Source of the DNA: Eubacterium sp.
Lineage (GTDB): Bacteria; Bacillota; Clostridia; Oscillospirales; Acutalibacteraceae
NCBI GenBank assembly: GCA_017514345.1
Contig: JAFWKC010000041.1
Location: 326 to 64,325 of the forward strand
Reading direction: 5' to 3'
Length of the DNA stretch: 64,000 nucleotides
Below are positions 1 to 9,223 of the stretch, in pieces. How positions within the stretch are numbered: position 1 is the stretch's first letter; every line of letters starts with the position of its first letter. The notes below the pieces were generated by a model. The model was not told the origin of the DNA. It worked only from the letters and a program-made list of their open reading frames with translations, and did not search any database. The translations under genes and the position numbers were made by a program.

Positions 1-437
1 GCACCTTGAGAAGAAGTATCAACTTCTTCAATATCTTTTCTACTCACATTAAACTTATATATCTTTTGCACCTTACCATTGCCGTTTTCTTCATATCCAG
101 CAACTAAAAAATCTGTATTTGGGACAACATCCAACCCATTAAAATAATCAATGATGATTTGTGGCATATCACTAATAACACAATCCGACTTAATCTTAGT
201 CCTTATCATATCTTGGATATACCCAGTAATGGGCTTTCCCATTAACGAAGCATCACCACAAGTAGATATTCCCGCATTATTTGGACATAAAAAAGTCTTA
301 TCCGTAGAATTAGTAGTGTGAACACCGATGTTGTGAATGATTTCTAACCCGTTATGCTGAGTATTGGTATATGTAGTGCGGCGGTCACTCGCTAAAACAA
401 TGCCTTCATTCACGTGAACTGCTATTAAAAACGACAT
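1..437 (-). CDS. Proteasome-beta-like Ntn-hydrolase (3'-truncated by window edge; absent from ORF track)
   Basis: Manual translation: GGAGGA RBS (441-446), ATG at 437, MSFLIAVHVNEGIVLASDRRTTY...TNSTDKTFLCPNNAGISTCGDAS..., open to position 1. Ser1/Gly11/Asp17/Arg19 spacing matches proteasome beta/HslV N-termini. Confidence 0.7.
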   Translation of the reverse strand, partial: MSFLIAVHVNEGIVLASDRRTTYTNTQHNGLEIIHNIGVHTTNSTDKTFLCPNNAGISTCGDASLMGKPITGYIQDMIRTKIKSDCVISDMPQIIIDYFNGLDVVPNTDFLVAGYEENGNGKVQKIYKFNVSRKDIEEVDTSSQG

Positions 438-467
438 ACTTCCTCCAAAAAAATTGCTGTGTTTAAT

Positions 468-2435
468 CTATATGTTGCTACTTAAACAATCTTCATACCA
501 TTGATGAGGCGGTAAATTCGATTGATAAGCAGTTTCAAATACGCCGTATAAACTACGGTATAACAAGTGCCTATGAATTATCGCTTTAAGTGTATCCGTA
601 TTCAATGGAATGATTTTCATGCCATCTACAAACCGAGTGGTATCTTGTGTGTCGTAGTATGGCGTGTTCTTTCTTGACCTGAAATCAGAGATAACATTAA
701 TATCAAGATACGGAGTAATGAATACACAATATGAATTCATATTGCCCGTTCTGATTAAGTGCCTACCAAGATGACGGGATACCGGCTCCATTTCCATTCT
801 TCTCTGGTTGGTATCACTCGCAAGTGTAGCTTCAATAAGCAAGCTGTGTTCCGGATAGTCAGCCGTTTCTGAATACTCATAAACTAAGTCTGCTTCTCCG
901 CCTCCGGCATGTGTAACAGGCAACAAATCTGCATCACGTGACAATTTCATATAATTTAATATGTCGCCCTGCATTTCGCTCACCTTGTACCAAATGACGC
1001 CCAATACATACTCAAAAATAGTTGGTATATCGGCGTTATCAGTTACCATTCTGTGAATTTCATCATCGTTTCTGTTTTCAAAGTGTTCAAGAAGAGCCAA
1101 AAGCTTTTCATCTGTAAACTTATCGTCAATAAGCTGATGAAATCTTTGATATCTATCTTCACTAACGAAACGATAAACATCGCTTATTGTGGTAATATGA
1201 GTTCCGTACTCCTCGTTTATTCCGAATATAATCGTCGTTTCATTAATTGCCAATACAGGATTAATTCTTTCTATGCTACAATCGGCAAACAAACAATCAC
1301 ATTCATCATAAGCAGTACCATATAACTCTTCAATAATCGGTTTAAAGTACTGTTTTGGAATAATATCGAGCTTAACCTGATTATCTTCAAAAATAACAAC
1401 CTCTGTTGTTTTTATATACCTGCGGTTTAAATCTAAATAGTCTGATAATGTAGCCTTTGCTTTTAACAAATGCATTACTTTGAAGAATGCAGTTTTAAAC
1501 TCAGCCACATTGTTTATGTTATCAAAAAGAGTGTGATTAAGATGAGCATTTGGCTCACGCTCAATTTGAACTTTGGATACAGTATCAAATAAGTAACTTC
1601 TCCACAGTCTGCCTATCTTAATAGCTATTGTATCTGTATATACTTGTAATGCGCAATCGTAATTGTGATTTACGTACAAATCAAACAAATGCTGATAAAG
1701 CGGGAAGTATGTTTTGTCATAATTCCTGCTTTTTCTATTCATTCCAATGTTGCAAATCACTTCTTCCGTTACAGCGTTTTCTTGTAGCATTTGTAACGCT
1801 TGCTGATAATTATCCATTGTTAGTAATCTTTCAATGATAATCTCATCAATGGTAATTTGACTATTTCTGAGTGCACTAATTTCACGAATAATTCTATCCG
1901 TGTTCTGTGGGTCAGTACATAGCGGAAGCAGGTAAGTATATTCGTCTAAAGACAAATAATCAAGTTTTGACAACACATAAGCCATCACAATAAAAGGTCT
2001 AACGATAGTACCGTTTACCTTGTTATATGTTTTGAGCAATTGTTTAAAATATATGAAACTGTCTTTATCAATCTGAAAAGCGTTATCTGAAGAAAAGTCT
2101 CCACTTCTGCTTATTGCTAACAGGGCTTGTCCCGCTTCGGTCAGTTTTCTATCATCACTAATTAATCCAATGTCAACCAATCCCGAGGTTTTCTCTCTGG
2201 CGTCTTTGGGTTTATTGTTCGCTTCGCCTTTAACAAACCCTTTTGCGAGCATAAAATCATAATACTTAGATTGAAGTTCGTTATTTCCGGACCAGCTATA
2301 TACTGAGTTGTCATCGGTTCGCCAAAACTCATCTAATAACGCCAACTGTTCCTCAATAGTTTTATTAAAATTTTTAGTTCTGAAACTTGTCGTTCCAAGT
2401 CCCCAACAAAAGCTCTTATATGGAATACTATTCAT
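468..2435 (-). CDS. AlwI-family type IIS restriction endonuclease
   Basis: 655 aa; N-terminal WGLGTTSFR motif, C-terminal GGGEADL...LIEATL (PD-(D/E)xK-like) and EPVSRHL; directly downstream of two adenine MTases. Confidence 0.8.
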   Translation of the reverse strand: MNSIPYKSFCWGLGTTSFRTKNFNKTIEEQLALLDEFWRTDDNSVYSWSGNNELQSKYYDFMLAKGFVKGEANNKPKDAREKTSGLVDIGLISDDRKLTEAGQALLAISRSGDFSSDNAFQIDKDSFIYFKQLLKTYNKVNGTIVRPFIVMAYVLSKLDYLSLDEYTYLLPLCTDPQNTDRIIREISALRNSQITIDEIIIERLLTMDNYQQALQMLQENAVTEEVICNIGMNRKSRNYDKTYFPLYQHLFDLYVNHNYDCALQVYTDTIAIKIGRLWRSYLFDTVSKVQIEREPNAHLNHTLFDNINNVAEFKTAFFKVMHLLKAKATLSDYLDLNRRYIKTTEVVIFEDNQVKLDIIPKQYFKPIIEELYGTAYDECDCLFADCSIERINPVLAINETTIIFGINEEYGTHITTISDVYRFVSEDRYQRFHQLIDDKFTDEKLLALLEHFENRNDDEIHRMVTDNADIPTIFEYVLGVIWYKVSEMQGDILNYMKLSRDADLLPVTHAGGGEADLVYEYSETADYPEHSLLIEATLASDTNQRRMEMEPVSRHLGRHLIRTGNMNSYCVFITPYLDINVISDFRSRKNTPYYDTQDTTRFVDGMKIIPLNTDTLKAIIHRHLLYRSLYGVFETAYQSNLPPHQWYEDCLSSNI

Positions 2436-2445
2436 AAATTACTCC

Positions 2446-3387
2446 TTAGTAATTAGTAATCAATACCTCTTCTGTATTAGTGGTTCGGTCTTTTGTATGG
2501 TAGTTTGAGTTTGAATAATCAAAATTCAAATAGTGAACTATGAATCTTTCTTTGTTTGACTCTAACCAATCATTCAATATTTTGTTTTCTTTACCCTTGC
2601 TGCGTAACACATTCGATTCTGCAAACTTAATCCCTTTTTCGTCAAGTTTTTCTAAAAATGCAAGTAAATCCTTTTCGTCTTTTTCGGTCCATCCGTCTTG
2701 CTCATTGTATGAAGCACAAGTTATCAGATACGGCGGATCAATATATACAAAGTCGTTTTGATTAAGCTTAGAAATATCAAATTCACGAAAATCCTGACAA
2801 GTAAAACTGCAATCTTGGGATTGAATCCTGTCAATAAACTCATCCAATTTACTTTGCATTTTTATGTTGAAATCTCTTTTACCAACCGGAAGATTATACT
2901 CGCCGTTTGAGTTAAAACGAATTTGGTTATTAAATGCATAAACTATCATTACATATAGCATTAAATAATAGTAATAATCTTCGTTTTTGTTGTGATTGAA
3001 ATCATCTCGCAATTTCAAAAAATGCTCTCTGTTGTAATCGCCTAAACCTTTGCTGCTTTCACAGCCATAGTAATCGTATCCGTTTTTGCTTACAAGAGAG
3101 AGCTGATAATCTTCTATTATTTTGTAAATGGATTCAAATATTAAATCCTTGTCAAGATTCTTAAAGGTATTATACAAATACAGTAAATGCCTGTTCAAGT
3201 CGTTGTATATTACCTTATTGCTTTTGACATTGATTCCGACATTGCAACCACCACAGAACAAATCCACAAAACAATCAATTTCTTTTGGGAAGAAAGGAAG
3301 GATCTGAGGCAGCAATTTAAACTTGCCGCCTGTATAGTTCAATGGAGATTGAATAATCTTGATATTATCATCTAATTGCATTTGCAT
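2446..3387 (-). CDS. Dam/D12-class N6-adenine DNA methyltransferase (M2)
   Basis: SPLNYTGGKFKL, DLFCGG (SAM binding), YIDPPY catalytic motif. Confidence 0.9.
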   Translation of the reverse strand: MQMQLDDNIKIIQSPLNYTGGKFKLLPQILPFFPKEIDCFVDLFCGGCNVGINVKSNKVIYNDLNRHLLYLYNTFKNLDKDLIFESIYKIIEDYQLSLVSKNGYDYYGCESSKGLGDYNREHFLKLRDDFNHNKNEDYYYYLMLYVMIVYAFNNQIRFNSNGEYNLPVGKRDFNIKMQSKLDEFIDRIQSQDCSFTCQDFREFDISKLNQNDFVYIDPPYLITCASYNEQDGWTEKDEKDLLAFLEKLDEKGIKFAESNVLRSKGKENKILNDWLESNKERFIVHYLNFDYSNSNYHTKDRTTNTEEVLITNY

Positions 3388-4412
3388 AAAAACAATCTTT
3401 CCTCGTTATCATTGATATCTGATTTACCGGTTGAGAACGCTTTATAGCTTTCTGAAAAAACAGTTACCTCGCCCTTTGCCTTAAGGATTCTCATAATATC
3501 ATCATCGGATATCTTTGCGTTTGATCTATCGTTTCCTTTTTCAGCCATATTGTTATAAGAAAACAGTATGTATTTTGCTTTGATATTCTTAATTAAGTCT
3601 TCAAACGCTTCAGTTGCACTTTGAGTACAATACTTGCTCTTCATCGTGCTTCTATCCATTTTTTTAGCAACGCCGAACACTTCCGGCTTTTTCCATTGTG
3701 CAACATTTTCAAGAAGATGATAAGCGTCGCAATATTGTCTTGAGTTATAAGGAGGGTCTATGTAAACCAAATCTGCCTGTATTTCTTTTACAAGTTCATT
3801 AGCGTCCATATTGAAACACTGATTGTTTTTATTGTTTTCATCTTTTGCTAACGGAACATATAATTCAAGTGACTTCTCAAATTCAACGCCCTGACGATAT
3901 GCATCATAATGTCCGCAAGTATTTGCAATTTTATCCATTGCATACAGCAGAGAAGTAATCAATATTGCTCTTTCTCTCTTGTTAATATCACCTTTATTAA
4001 ACGAATCCTCAATATCTTCTCTTATGTAACCAATCTTTGCACAATCATCTCTGCTAAAGTAAGTATCTGCAAAATTTTCCGTCATATAGTTGTCGTCAAT
4101 ATTTTCAAGACTATTATAAAAAACTATTTTGTCGATAATAATTTCTTTGTCATATGTTTCGCTACCAAACCATGCATAATTGCAGATATAATTACTATAC
4201 ATCAAATCATTGGTGATTATGGTCTTATCATCGCTGAAAGCAGAAGAAACAGCCCCCGTTCCTGCAAAAATATCAGCAACAGTTTCAATATCATTACATT
4301 CTTTTTCAACAACGCCCTTAATAAATGACAATAGTTTATATTTGTTTCCCAAATATCTCCTGTTATTGATAAGTGATGTCTTATAAGTTCTTTCCTGCAC
4401 AAGCGTTCCCAT
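3372..4412 (-). CDS. N6-adenine DNA methyltransferase (M1, FokI-MTase-like half)
   Basis: RRYLGNKYKL, DIFAGTG, YIDPPYN motifs; overlaps M2 by 16 nt in a different frame. Confidence 0.9.
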   Translation of the reverse strand: MGTLVQERTYKTSLINNRRYLGNKYKLLSFIKGVVEKECNDIETVADIFAGTGAVSSAFSDDKTIITNDLMYSNYICNYAWFGSETYDKEIIIDKIVFYNSLENIDDNYMTENFADTYFSRDDCAKIGYIREDIEDSFNKGDINKRERAILITSLLYAMDKIANTCGHYDAYRQGVEFEKSLELYVPLAKDENNKNNQCFNMDANELVKEIQADLVYIDPPYNSRQYCDAYHLLENVAQWKKPEVFGVAKKMDRSTMKSKYCTQSATEAFEDLIKNIKAKYILFSYNNMAEKGNDRSNAKISDDDIMRILKAKGEVTVFSESYKAFSTGKSDINDNEERLFLCKCN

Positions 4413-4601
4413 AATCTCACCTCAAGGACATTATAACATACTATTACAATAATCCTGCATAAAACTTCTCGATAGTCCAAAAAACAGTACAATCAACATC
4501 GTTGCCGATTATCTGATAGATTTCCTATATTTACAAAAATTCCAGAAAACACTACATCTATGTATTAACCATTAAAAAAACAATATAAATATACAAGGTA
4601 T

Positions 4602-4630
4602 ATTATAATATCTATTAGTCAATAAGTCAA
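4602..4630 (-). promoter_or_regulatory. Sigma70-type promoter for the R-M operon
   Basis: Minus strand TTGACT-N17-TATAAT, about 190 bp upstream of the M1 start. Confidence 0.55.
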
Positions 4631-4717
4631 CAAAATATAATATATTAATTGGCTTGCTACGCATTTAACTCTTTCTATTATTTCGATAATTTCAATTTAA
4701 ATCGACTTCAAGAAGTC

Positions 4718-4825
4718 AGCATTTAAGAGCTCTGAAACCCGCATAATTACTGCGTTTCGAAAGGTCAAAATCGAGGGGTCAAGGGTATATCATTAAAATC
4801 CTCAAAAACCGCTTCTAAATGCTTA
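4718..4825. other. Structured ~110-nt element (copy 1), candidate single-strand origin or ncRNA
   Basis: Terminal IR AGCATTTA...TAAATGCT enclosing two inner stems; aligns with the reverse complement of 24187-24297. Confidence 0.55.
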
Positions 4826-4864
4826 CCTTGCCGAACAGAGCGAGGATTGCTCCTCGCTCCGATT

Positions 4865-5128
4865 TTATGAATATGCCTCTATTGTTAATCTTGCGCCTAA
4901 CTTGAAACCGATTTTAAAGCAATCAAGTTCAATTATTGTTGCTAATTCATTGCTACTTTTAATTAGCAAATCAAGCATGTTCTGTTGTTTTTCGCTGAGC
5001 ACTGCCTTTAATCGTTCTTGATTAAGGTTGTATGCTTCAACTGCTTTTCTATAATTTGAATCGCTTTCAAGATGGTCGAACTCCATCGGATTGATATTCC
5101 CGTTCCAAAACTCCTCAAGAAGATCCAT
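4865..5128 (-). CDS. Small IME-associated protein (DUF6809-like)
   Basis: 87 aa, LEEFWNGNINP...CFKIGFKLGARL pattern; position beside TnpV. Confidence 0.65.
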   Translation of the reverse strand: MDLLEEFWNGNINPMEFDHLESDSNYRKAVEAYNLNQERLKAVLSEKQQNMLDLLIKSSNELATIIELDCFKIGFKLGARLTIEAYS

Positions 5129-5131
5129 GAA

Positions 5132-5509
5132 TCACCTCGTATATATGACTTCATTGTTGACAATTTCTCTCGCCTGATTTGTGATGTTGTTCATCGCTTG
5201 TACCCAAGCCATCATATCGTCTGCTTTGAGTTGCTCCGTAATACCTTGCTGCTCCTTGAGTTGCTTGACAAGGCGGTCATACATCTCGGTTGCTCTGACG
5301 TCAACATCGTGCAGATATGCGTTCAGTTTGCAGTTCGTAAGCAAAGATGTGTAGAACACCTTGCGGTGCTGTTTGATATAACGAAGGTGCCGTTGTCCCC
5401 ACATTCCGATCTCATAATTCGTTTCGGCGGAGATGAGGTTAGGGAGGTAAACCTCCCCAACCAGCGTGTAATCGAGTCCGTTATTCTTATCTGAGATAAA
5501 CTCCGTCAT
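5132..5509 (-). CDS. tnpV: TnpV-family protein
   Basis: GLDYTLVGEVYLPNL...IGMWGQRHLRYIK...WVQAMNNI; start moved to 5509 on RBS spacing. Confidence 0.8.
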   Translation of the reverse strand: MTEFISDKNNGLDYTLVGEVYLPNLISAETNYEIGMWGQRHLRYIKQHRKVFYTSLLTNCKLNAYLHDVDVRATEMYDRLVKQLKEQQGITEQLKADDMMAWVQAMNNITNQAREIVNNEVIYTR

Positions 5510-6647
5510 TTTCATAATTCCTTTCATTTTGTTTTGGATGTTTTGCTGTTTCAAGCAGTTGGTCAACCTGTTTACTTCCGAGTATTTTTCGTAGCAGGCG
5601 GTAGTCTGATAACTGCTTATGCAGCTTGTGATTTTCCTTTTGATAATTTCGGTTGATTTCTTGCAAGTCAATGTTGTCAAAGCCTAACCTTGTATTTTCA
5701 TTATACAGTTTTGCATTTAGACTTCTTGATTCCATCAGCTCAACAAATACTTTTTTCACGAAGGCTTTGAGCTTGTTGAAGATACCTTCTATGCGACCTT
5801 TGTAACTCTTTGCCGACTCCAAACGCTGTGGTTCAGGGAGTGTGAACTCCTTTTCAAACTCCTCATCGTTGGATATTTCGGTTACCGTATCAATCGCTTT
5901 TGTAAGGTTTTCAGCCTTTGTTTTTAGTGCGTCAACCTCATCTTCAAGCTCCGCAACCTCCTTGCTGCGTTGCTCCCTTTTGTACTCCAAAACGGAGAGG
6001 TGTTCACGGTTGTTGCCCTGATTTTCCCATTCAATACCGTGATTTTTCATTATATAAGCAAGGGCTTCTTTTTCGGATTGCAGCCACGCCATTGTTTCCG
6101 TGTCGCTCCTTCCGGAGCCTCTGCATCCCTGCCTTTCAAGAGCCTGTTTCATGGATACTCTTGTGTCCAATCCTCTCTTGCTTTCGGTAGTAAAGGGGAT
6201 GAAATCAATGTGCAAATGGGGTGTTGCCTCGTCCATATGGAGCGTTGCGTTGAACACAAACAGGTAAGGATTTCGTGCATCAAAATGGTACATATATTCC
6301 TCTAAAACGGCTTTTGCCAACTGTTCTGTACGGGAGCCGATACCCATATCCTTGCGGTTACCGACCTGCACAATTATCTCATAAAAGGGCTTTTCCTGTT
6401 TGCTTTTTTGAATGTGTTCAAGATAGTTATCTATCTTTCTGTCGGCTCGTTTCTGCTTGTCATTATACCTCTGTAACGCTCCGTCAAAGAGGATATGATA
6501 AGCATCTTCAAGGGGGATATTTTTGTATTCCACATTGTTTTTTGTTCGTTCTCTGTCAACATTTTCGGCAATGAATTTTCGGTTGTTATGATCCAAAACG
6601 CCCTTGCCGAGTTCAATGCTGATACTTGATAAATACATATTTTTCAC
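5487..6647 (-). CDS. Mob/Pre (MobV-family) relaxase
   Basis: N-terminal HNNR, HMDEATPHLHIDF HUH motif, coiled-coil C-terminus. Confidence 0.85.
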   Translation of the reverse strand: MKNMYLSSISIELGKGVLDHNNRKFIAENVDRERTKNNVEYKNIPLEDAYHILFDGALQRYNDKQKRADRKIDNYLEHIQKSKQEKPFYEIIVQVGNRKDMGIGSRTEQLAKAVLEEYMYHFDARNPYLFVFNATLHMDEATPHLHIDFIPFTTESKRGLDTRVSMKQALERQGCRGSGRSDTETMAWLQSEKEALAYIMKNHGIEWENQGNNREHLSVLEYKREQRSKEVAELEDEVDALKTKAENLTKAIDTVTEISNDEEFEKEFTLPEPQRLESAKSYKGRIEGIFNKLKAFVKKVFVELMESRSLNAKLYNENTRLGFDNIDLQEINRNYQKENHKLHKQLSDYRLLRKILGSKQVDQLLETAKHPKQNERNYENDGVYLR

Positions 6648-6701
6648 CTGTCTTTCATAGTTTAAATTTGTCTTCGTAAAATTCGAGCTTTCTCGGTTCT
6701 G

Positions 6702-6763
6702 TTACTCTTGTCAAGAGTAACGCAATGGCACTTTTGACACTTACGCATCAAAAGTGCATTGCG
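6702..6763. other. Candidate oriT
   Basis: Two abutting inverted repeats just upstream of the relaxase: TTACTCTTG/CAAGAGTAA and CGCAATG-GCACTTTTGA/TCAAAAGTGC-ATTGCG. Confidence 0.55.
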
Positions 6764-6790
6764 CTCTCGCGAGGCGGAGAAAAAACGAAC

Positions 6791-6907
6791 CTACAAAGAC
6801 AACCGTATTATTGATTTGACATCGGCGAAAAGATTGTCTATACTATGATTGCTATACATAGCATGGCTGTCCGTATCTGCGCCAACAGATACATCAAGGA
6901 CAGTCAT
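6791..6907 (-). pseudogene. N-terminal remnant of a probable IME replication/AAA ATPase gene
   Basis: Manual translation MTVLDVSVGADTDSHAMYSNHSIDNLFADVKSIIRLSL*, overlapping the MobC-like stop; resembles the N-termini of genes I recall at this position in related elements. Confidence 0.4.
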
Positions 6908-7229
6908 TTTTATTTTCGCCTTTCATTCCATAAAGGGTTCGGTTAATTAAACAGATAGTGTCAAGCAATTCTTCGGAGGGAGTTTCGTCCTGCAATGTCT
7001 TCAACTCTTGCAGCACTTCTTCAAGCTGTCGTTTCAGGGCGATATATACCCTCGGATTACCCCGAACAATTATCTCCTTTTCAAGAGCACGATTGATGAG
7101 GTATTCCTGCTTGGTAAACCCGGAGAGTTTTACTCGGACATCCAACTCTTCATTCTCCTCCGGCGACATACGAAACGCTACCGTTTTGCTTCGCCATCTT
7201 CCTTTACGGTCATAATTCTTTCCAGACAT
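6894..7229 (-). CDS. MobC-like ribbon-helix-helix relaxosome protein
   Basis: KTVAFRMSPEENEEL...SGFTKQEYL; start at 7229 follows the integrase stop. Confidence 0.7.
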   Translation of the reverse strand: MSGKNYDRKGRWRSKTVAFRMSPEENEELDVRVKLSGFTKQEYLINRALEKEIIVRGNPRVYIALKRQLEEVLQELKTLQDETPSEELLDTICLINRTLYGMKGENKNDCP

Positions 7230-7230
7230 A

Positions 7231-8307
7231 CTAAGCGCTCCTTTCCAATTCAAGCTTGTCTGCCATCTCGTCCTGCCTTGACGGAAACATGTGAGCATAG
7301 TGATAAGTTATCTCTATGCTTTCGTGTCCTAACCTGTCGGCAATCTCTACTGCGGAGAAACCCATATTGATGAGTAGCGAGACATGCGAGTGTCTTAAAT
7401 CATGAATCCTGATTTTTGGAACGCCCGCCTTCTTGCTTCCTTCTCTCATTGCTCGGTAAAGAGCACTCTTTGAGAGAGGAAACATTCTGTCGTTGCTCTC
7501 TACTCCGTAGAGCATTGCAAGGTAGTCCGTCATCTCATCGCAGAGAAACTTTGGCAGCCGTATCGTTCTAATACTCTTCTGTGTTTTCGGCTCGGTAATC
7601 ACGTCCTTGCCATCAATTCGCTGATAGCTTTTGTTGATTCTGACCGTCTGCCGTTTGAAATCAAAGTCGGCAGGCGTCAGCGCTAAGAGTTCGCCTTCAC
7701 GGATTCCGCACCAGTAGAGCATTTCAAAAGCATAGTAGTGTATAGGCGATTCCATCATTACCTCTGCAAACTTTTTGTACTGTTCCTTCGTCCAGATTTG
7801 CATTTCTCTGTCGCTCTCCTTTTTGCCCATCGCTCCGGCTTTCCTTGCCGGGTTCTCTTTCAGTCCGTAATACTTCACAGCGTAATTCAGAATCGCGCTG
7901 ATTTGATTATGGATTGTTTTCAGATAGGTTTGAGAAAACGGCTTTCCATTCTCATCCTTCATATTCATCAACTCGTTCTGCCAAGCGATAATATCAGTCG
8001 CTTTAATTTCGTTGATTTTCTTTTCGCCGAAATATGGCAGTATCTTTGTTTTGATGATATGCTTTTTGCTATTGATGGTGTTGAGCTTCAGCCTTCCGCT
8101 TAACCCATCAAAATACAAATCCACAAAGGAATTTAAGGTCATATTACAAGCGCCCTGCAGCTTGATTAACTGTTCCCGTTCCCAAGCCTTTGCATCGCGC
8201 TGTGTAACAAATCCCCGTTTCTGCGTTTGCTTTCGCTCGCCCGTCCAGTCGGTATATCTGAACACGGCTCGCCAAGTGTTTGTTTTTGCGTCTTTATACA
8301 CAGACAT
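7231..8307 (-). CDS. int: Tyrosine recombinase / integrase
   Basis: GIREGELLAL (R), RIHDLRHSHVS (HxxR), LGHE...YHYAH (H/Y) with N-terminal arm-binding region. Confidence 0.95.
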   Translation of the reverse strand: MSVYKDAKTNTWRAVFRYTDWTGERKQTQKRGFVTQRDAKAWEREQLIKLQGACNMTLNSFVDLYFDGLSGRLKLNTINSKKHIIKTKILPYFGEKKINEIKATDIIAWQNELMNMKDENGKPFSQTYLKTIHNQISAILNYAVKYYGLKENPARKAGAMGKKESDREMQIWTKEQYKKFAEVMMESPIHYYAFEMLYWCGIREGELLALTPADFDFKRQTVRINKSYQRIDGKDVITEPKTQKSIRTIRLPKFLCDEMTDYLAMLYGVESNDRMFPLSKSALYRAMREGSKKAGVPKIRIHDLRHSHVSLLINMGFSAVEIADRLGHESIEITYHYAHMFPSRQDEMADKLELERSA

Positions 8308-8309
8308 TT

Positions 8310-8498
8310 TTATTCACCTCCTTCGTAGTCAAGTCTTTCATAAAAGTATTTGCGGTTGACTCTGCCTGCTACAACAATCTTTCCTTTTTCGGCAAGCTCG
8401 TTGTTTAACTGTTTCATTATCTTATACGCATACGACTCTGAAACACCCAGCACAGCGGCAACCTCATCCACTCTCATGAAGATAGTGCTATTTTCCAT
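8310..8498 (-). CDS. Excisionase-like HTH protein
   Basis: 62 aa, VDEVAAVLGVSESYAYKIM...GRVNRKYF; directly upstream of int. Confidence 0.75.
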   Translation of the reverse strand: MENSTIFMRVDEVAAVLGVSESYAYKIMKQLNNELAEKGKIVVAGRVNRKYFYERLDYEGGE

Positions 8499-8549
8499 CG
8501 CAACACCTCCTTAAAGTTTTAACAAATTTGGTTTTGTTTTGCTATTAAC

Positions 8550-8661
8550 CGTAACATATCTGTTACGATTTTTATATTAGCATACATTATTTTCTTTGTC
8601 AAGCATTTTCTTAACATTTTTGATAAGCTTATTGACATACCGTAACAAATATGATACAGTA
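8550..8661. promoter_or_regulatory. Divergent switch region with probable XRE operators
   Basis: Palindrome CGTAACA-N4-TGTTACG (8550-8567); degenerate copy CGTAACAaataTGaTAC (8641-8657) inside TTGACA-N17-TACAGT of the repressor gene. Confidence 0.55.
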
Positions 8662-8679
8662 ATGACGAGGTGAACAAAA

Positions 8680-9201
8680 ATGGCTATTAGCGAAAGAATA
8701 CGATTTATCAGAAAAAGGCGTAATATGACGCAGAAATATGTTGGCACGGTGCTCGGCTTTGGTGAGAAGAACGCCGATTCCCGTATTGCGCAATATGAAA
8801 ACGGAAGAAGAGAACCGAGAGAAGATGTCCTTGAGGAAATCGCCAAGATTTTGGGTGTATCCACCGATGCGCTTGATAACCCCAATCTTGATACATACAA
8901 CCGCTTAATGCATACCCTTTTTGCGATTGAGGATATTTACGGTTTAACGATTGACAGAATCGGCGGCAAGCTCTGCCTTGTTGCAGACGAAAGCAGACCG
9001 GAATGCTTTACCAATCTTTTCTCCCGTCTTAATGAGTGGAACGAAATGAAGGAAAAGTTGAAGGACGGCAAGATTGACGAAATCCAATATGACAACTGGC
9101 GTTACAACTATCCGACGCGCTTTGTGGAAATCAAACCGAGTCAAGAGCTCAGCGATATGCTTGTTGCGGAGTACAATAAGAATCATAAGAAAAAGAAATA
9201 A
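8680..9201 (+). CDS. XRE-family transcriptional repressor
   Basis: N-terminal HTH (IRKRRNMTQ...RIAQYENG); divergent from xis-int. Confidence 0.85.
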   Translation: MAISERIRFIRKRRNMTQKYVGTVLGFGEKNADSRIAQYENGRREPREDVLEEIAKILGVSTDALDNPNLDTYNRLMHTLFAIEDIYGLTIDRIGGKLCLVADESRPECFTNLFSRLNEWNEMKEKLKDGKIDEIQYDNWRYNYPTRFVEIKPSQELSDMLVAEYNKNHKKKK

Positions 9202-9223
9202 CGAAACAAGGAGCCTTTAGATA

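Noticed and set aside
4548-4563. NrdR-box-like ACACTACATCTATGT upstream of the R-M operon
   Set aside because: Mismatch in the conserved right half, single copy, AT-rich context; likely chance.
5132-5680. 182-aa version of TnpV and other long N-terminal extensions in the ORF track (6894-7298, 25346-27193, 42253-44295, 21634-24162)
   Set aside because: Extensions overlap neighbouring genes; downstream starts have better RBS and match family N-termini.
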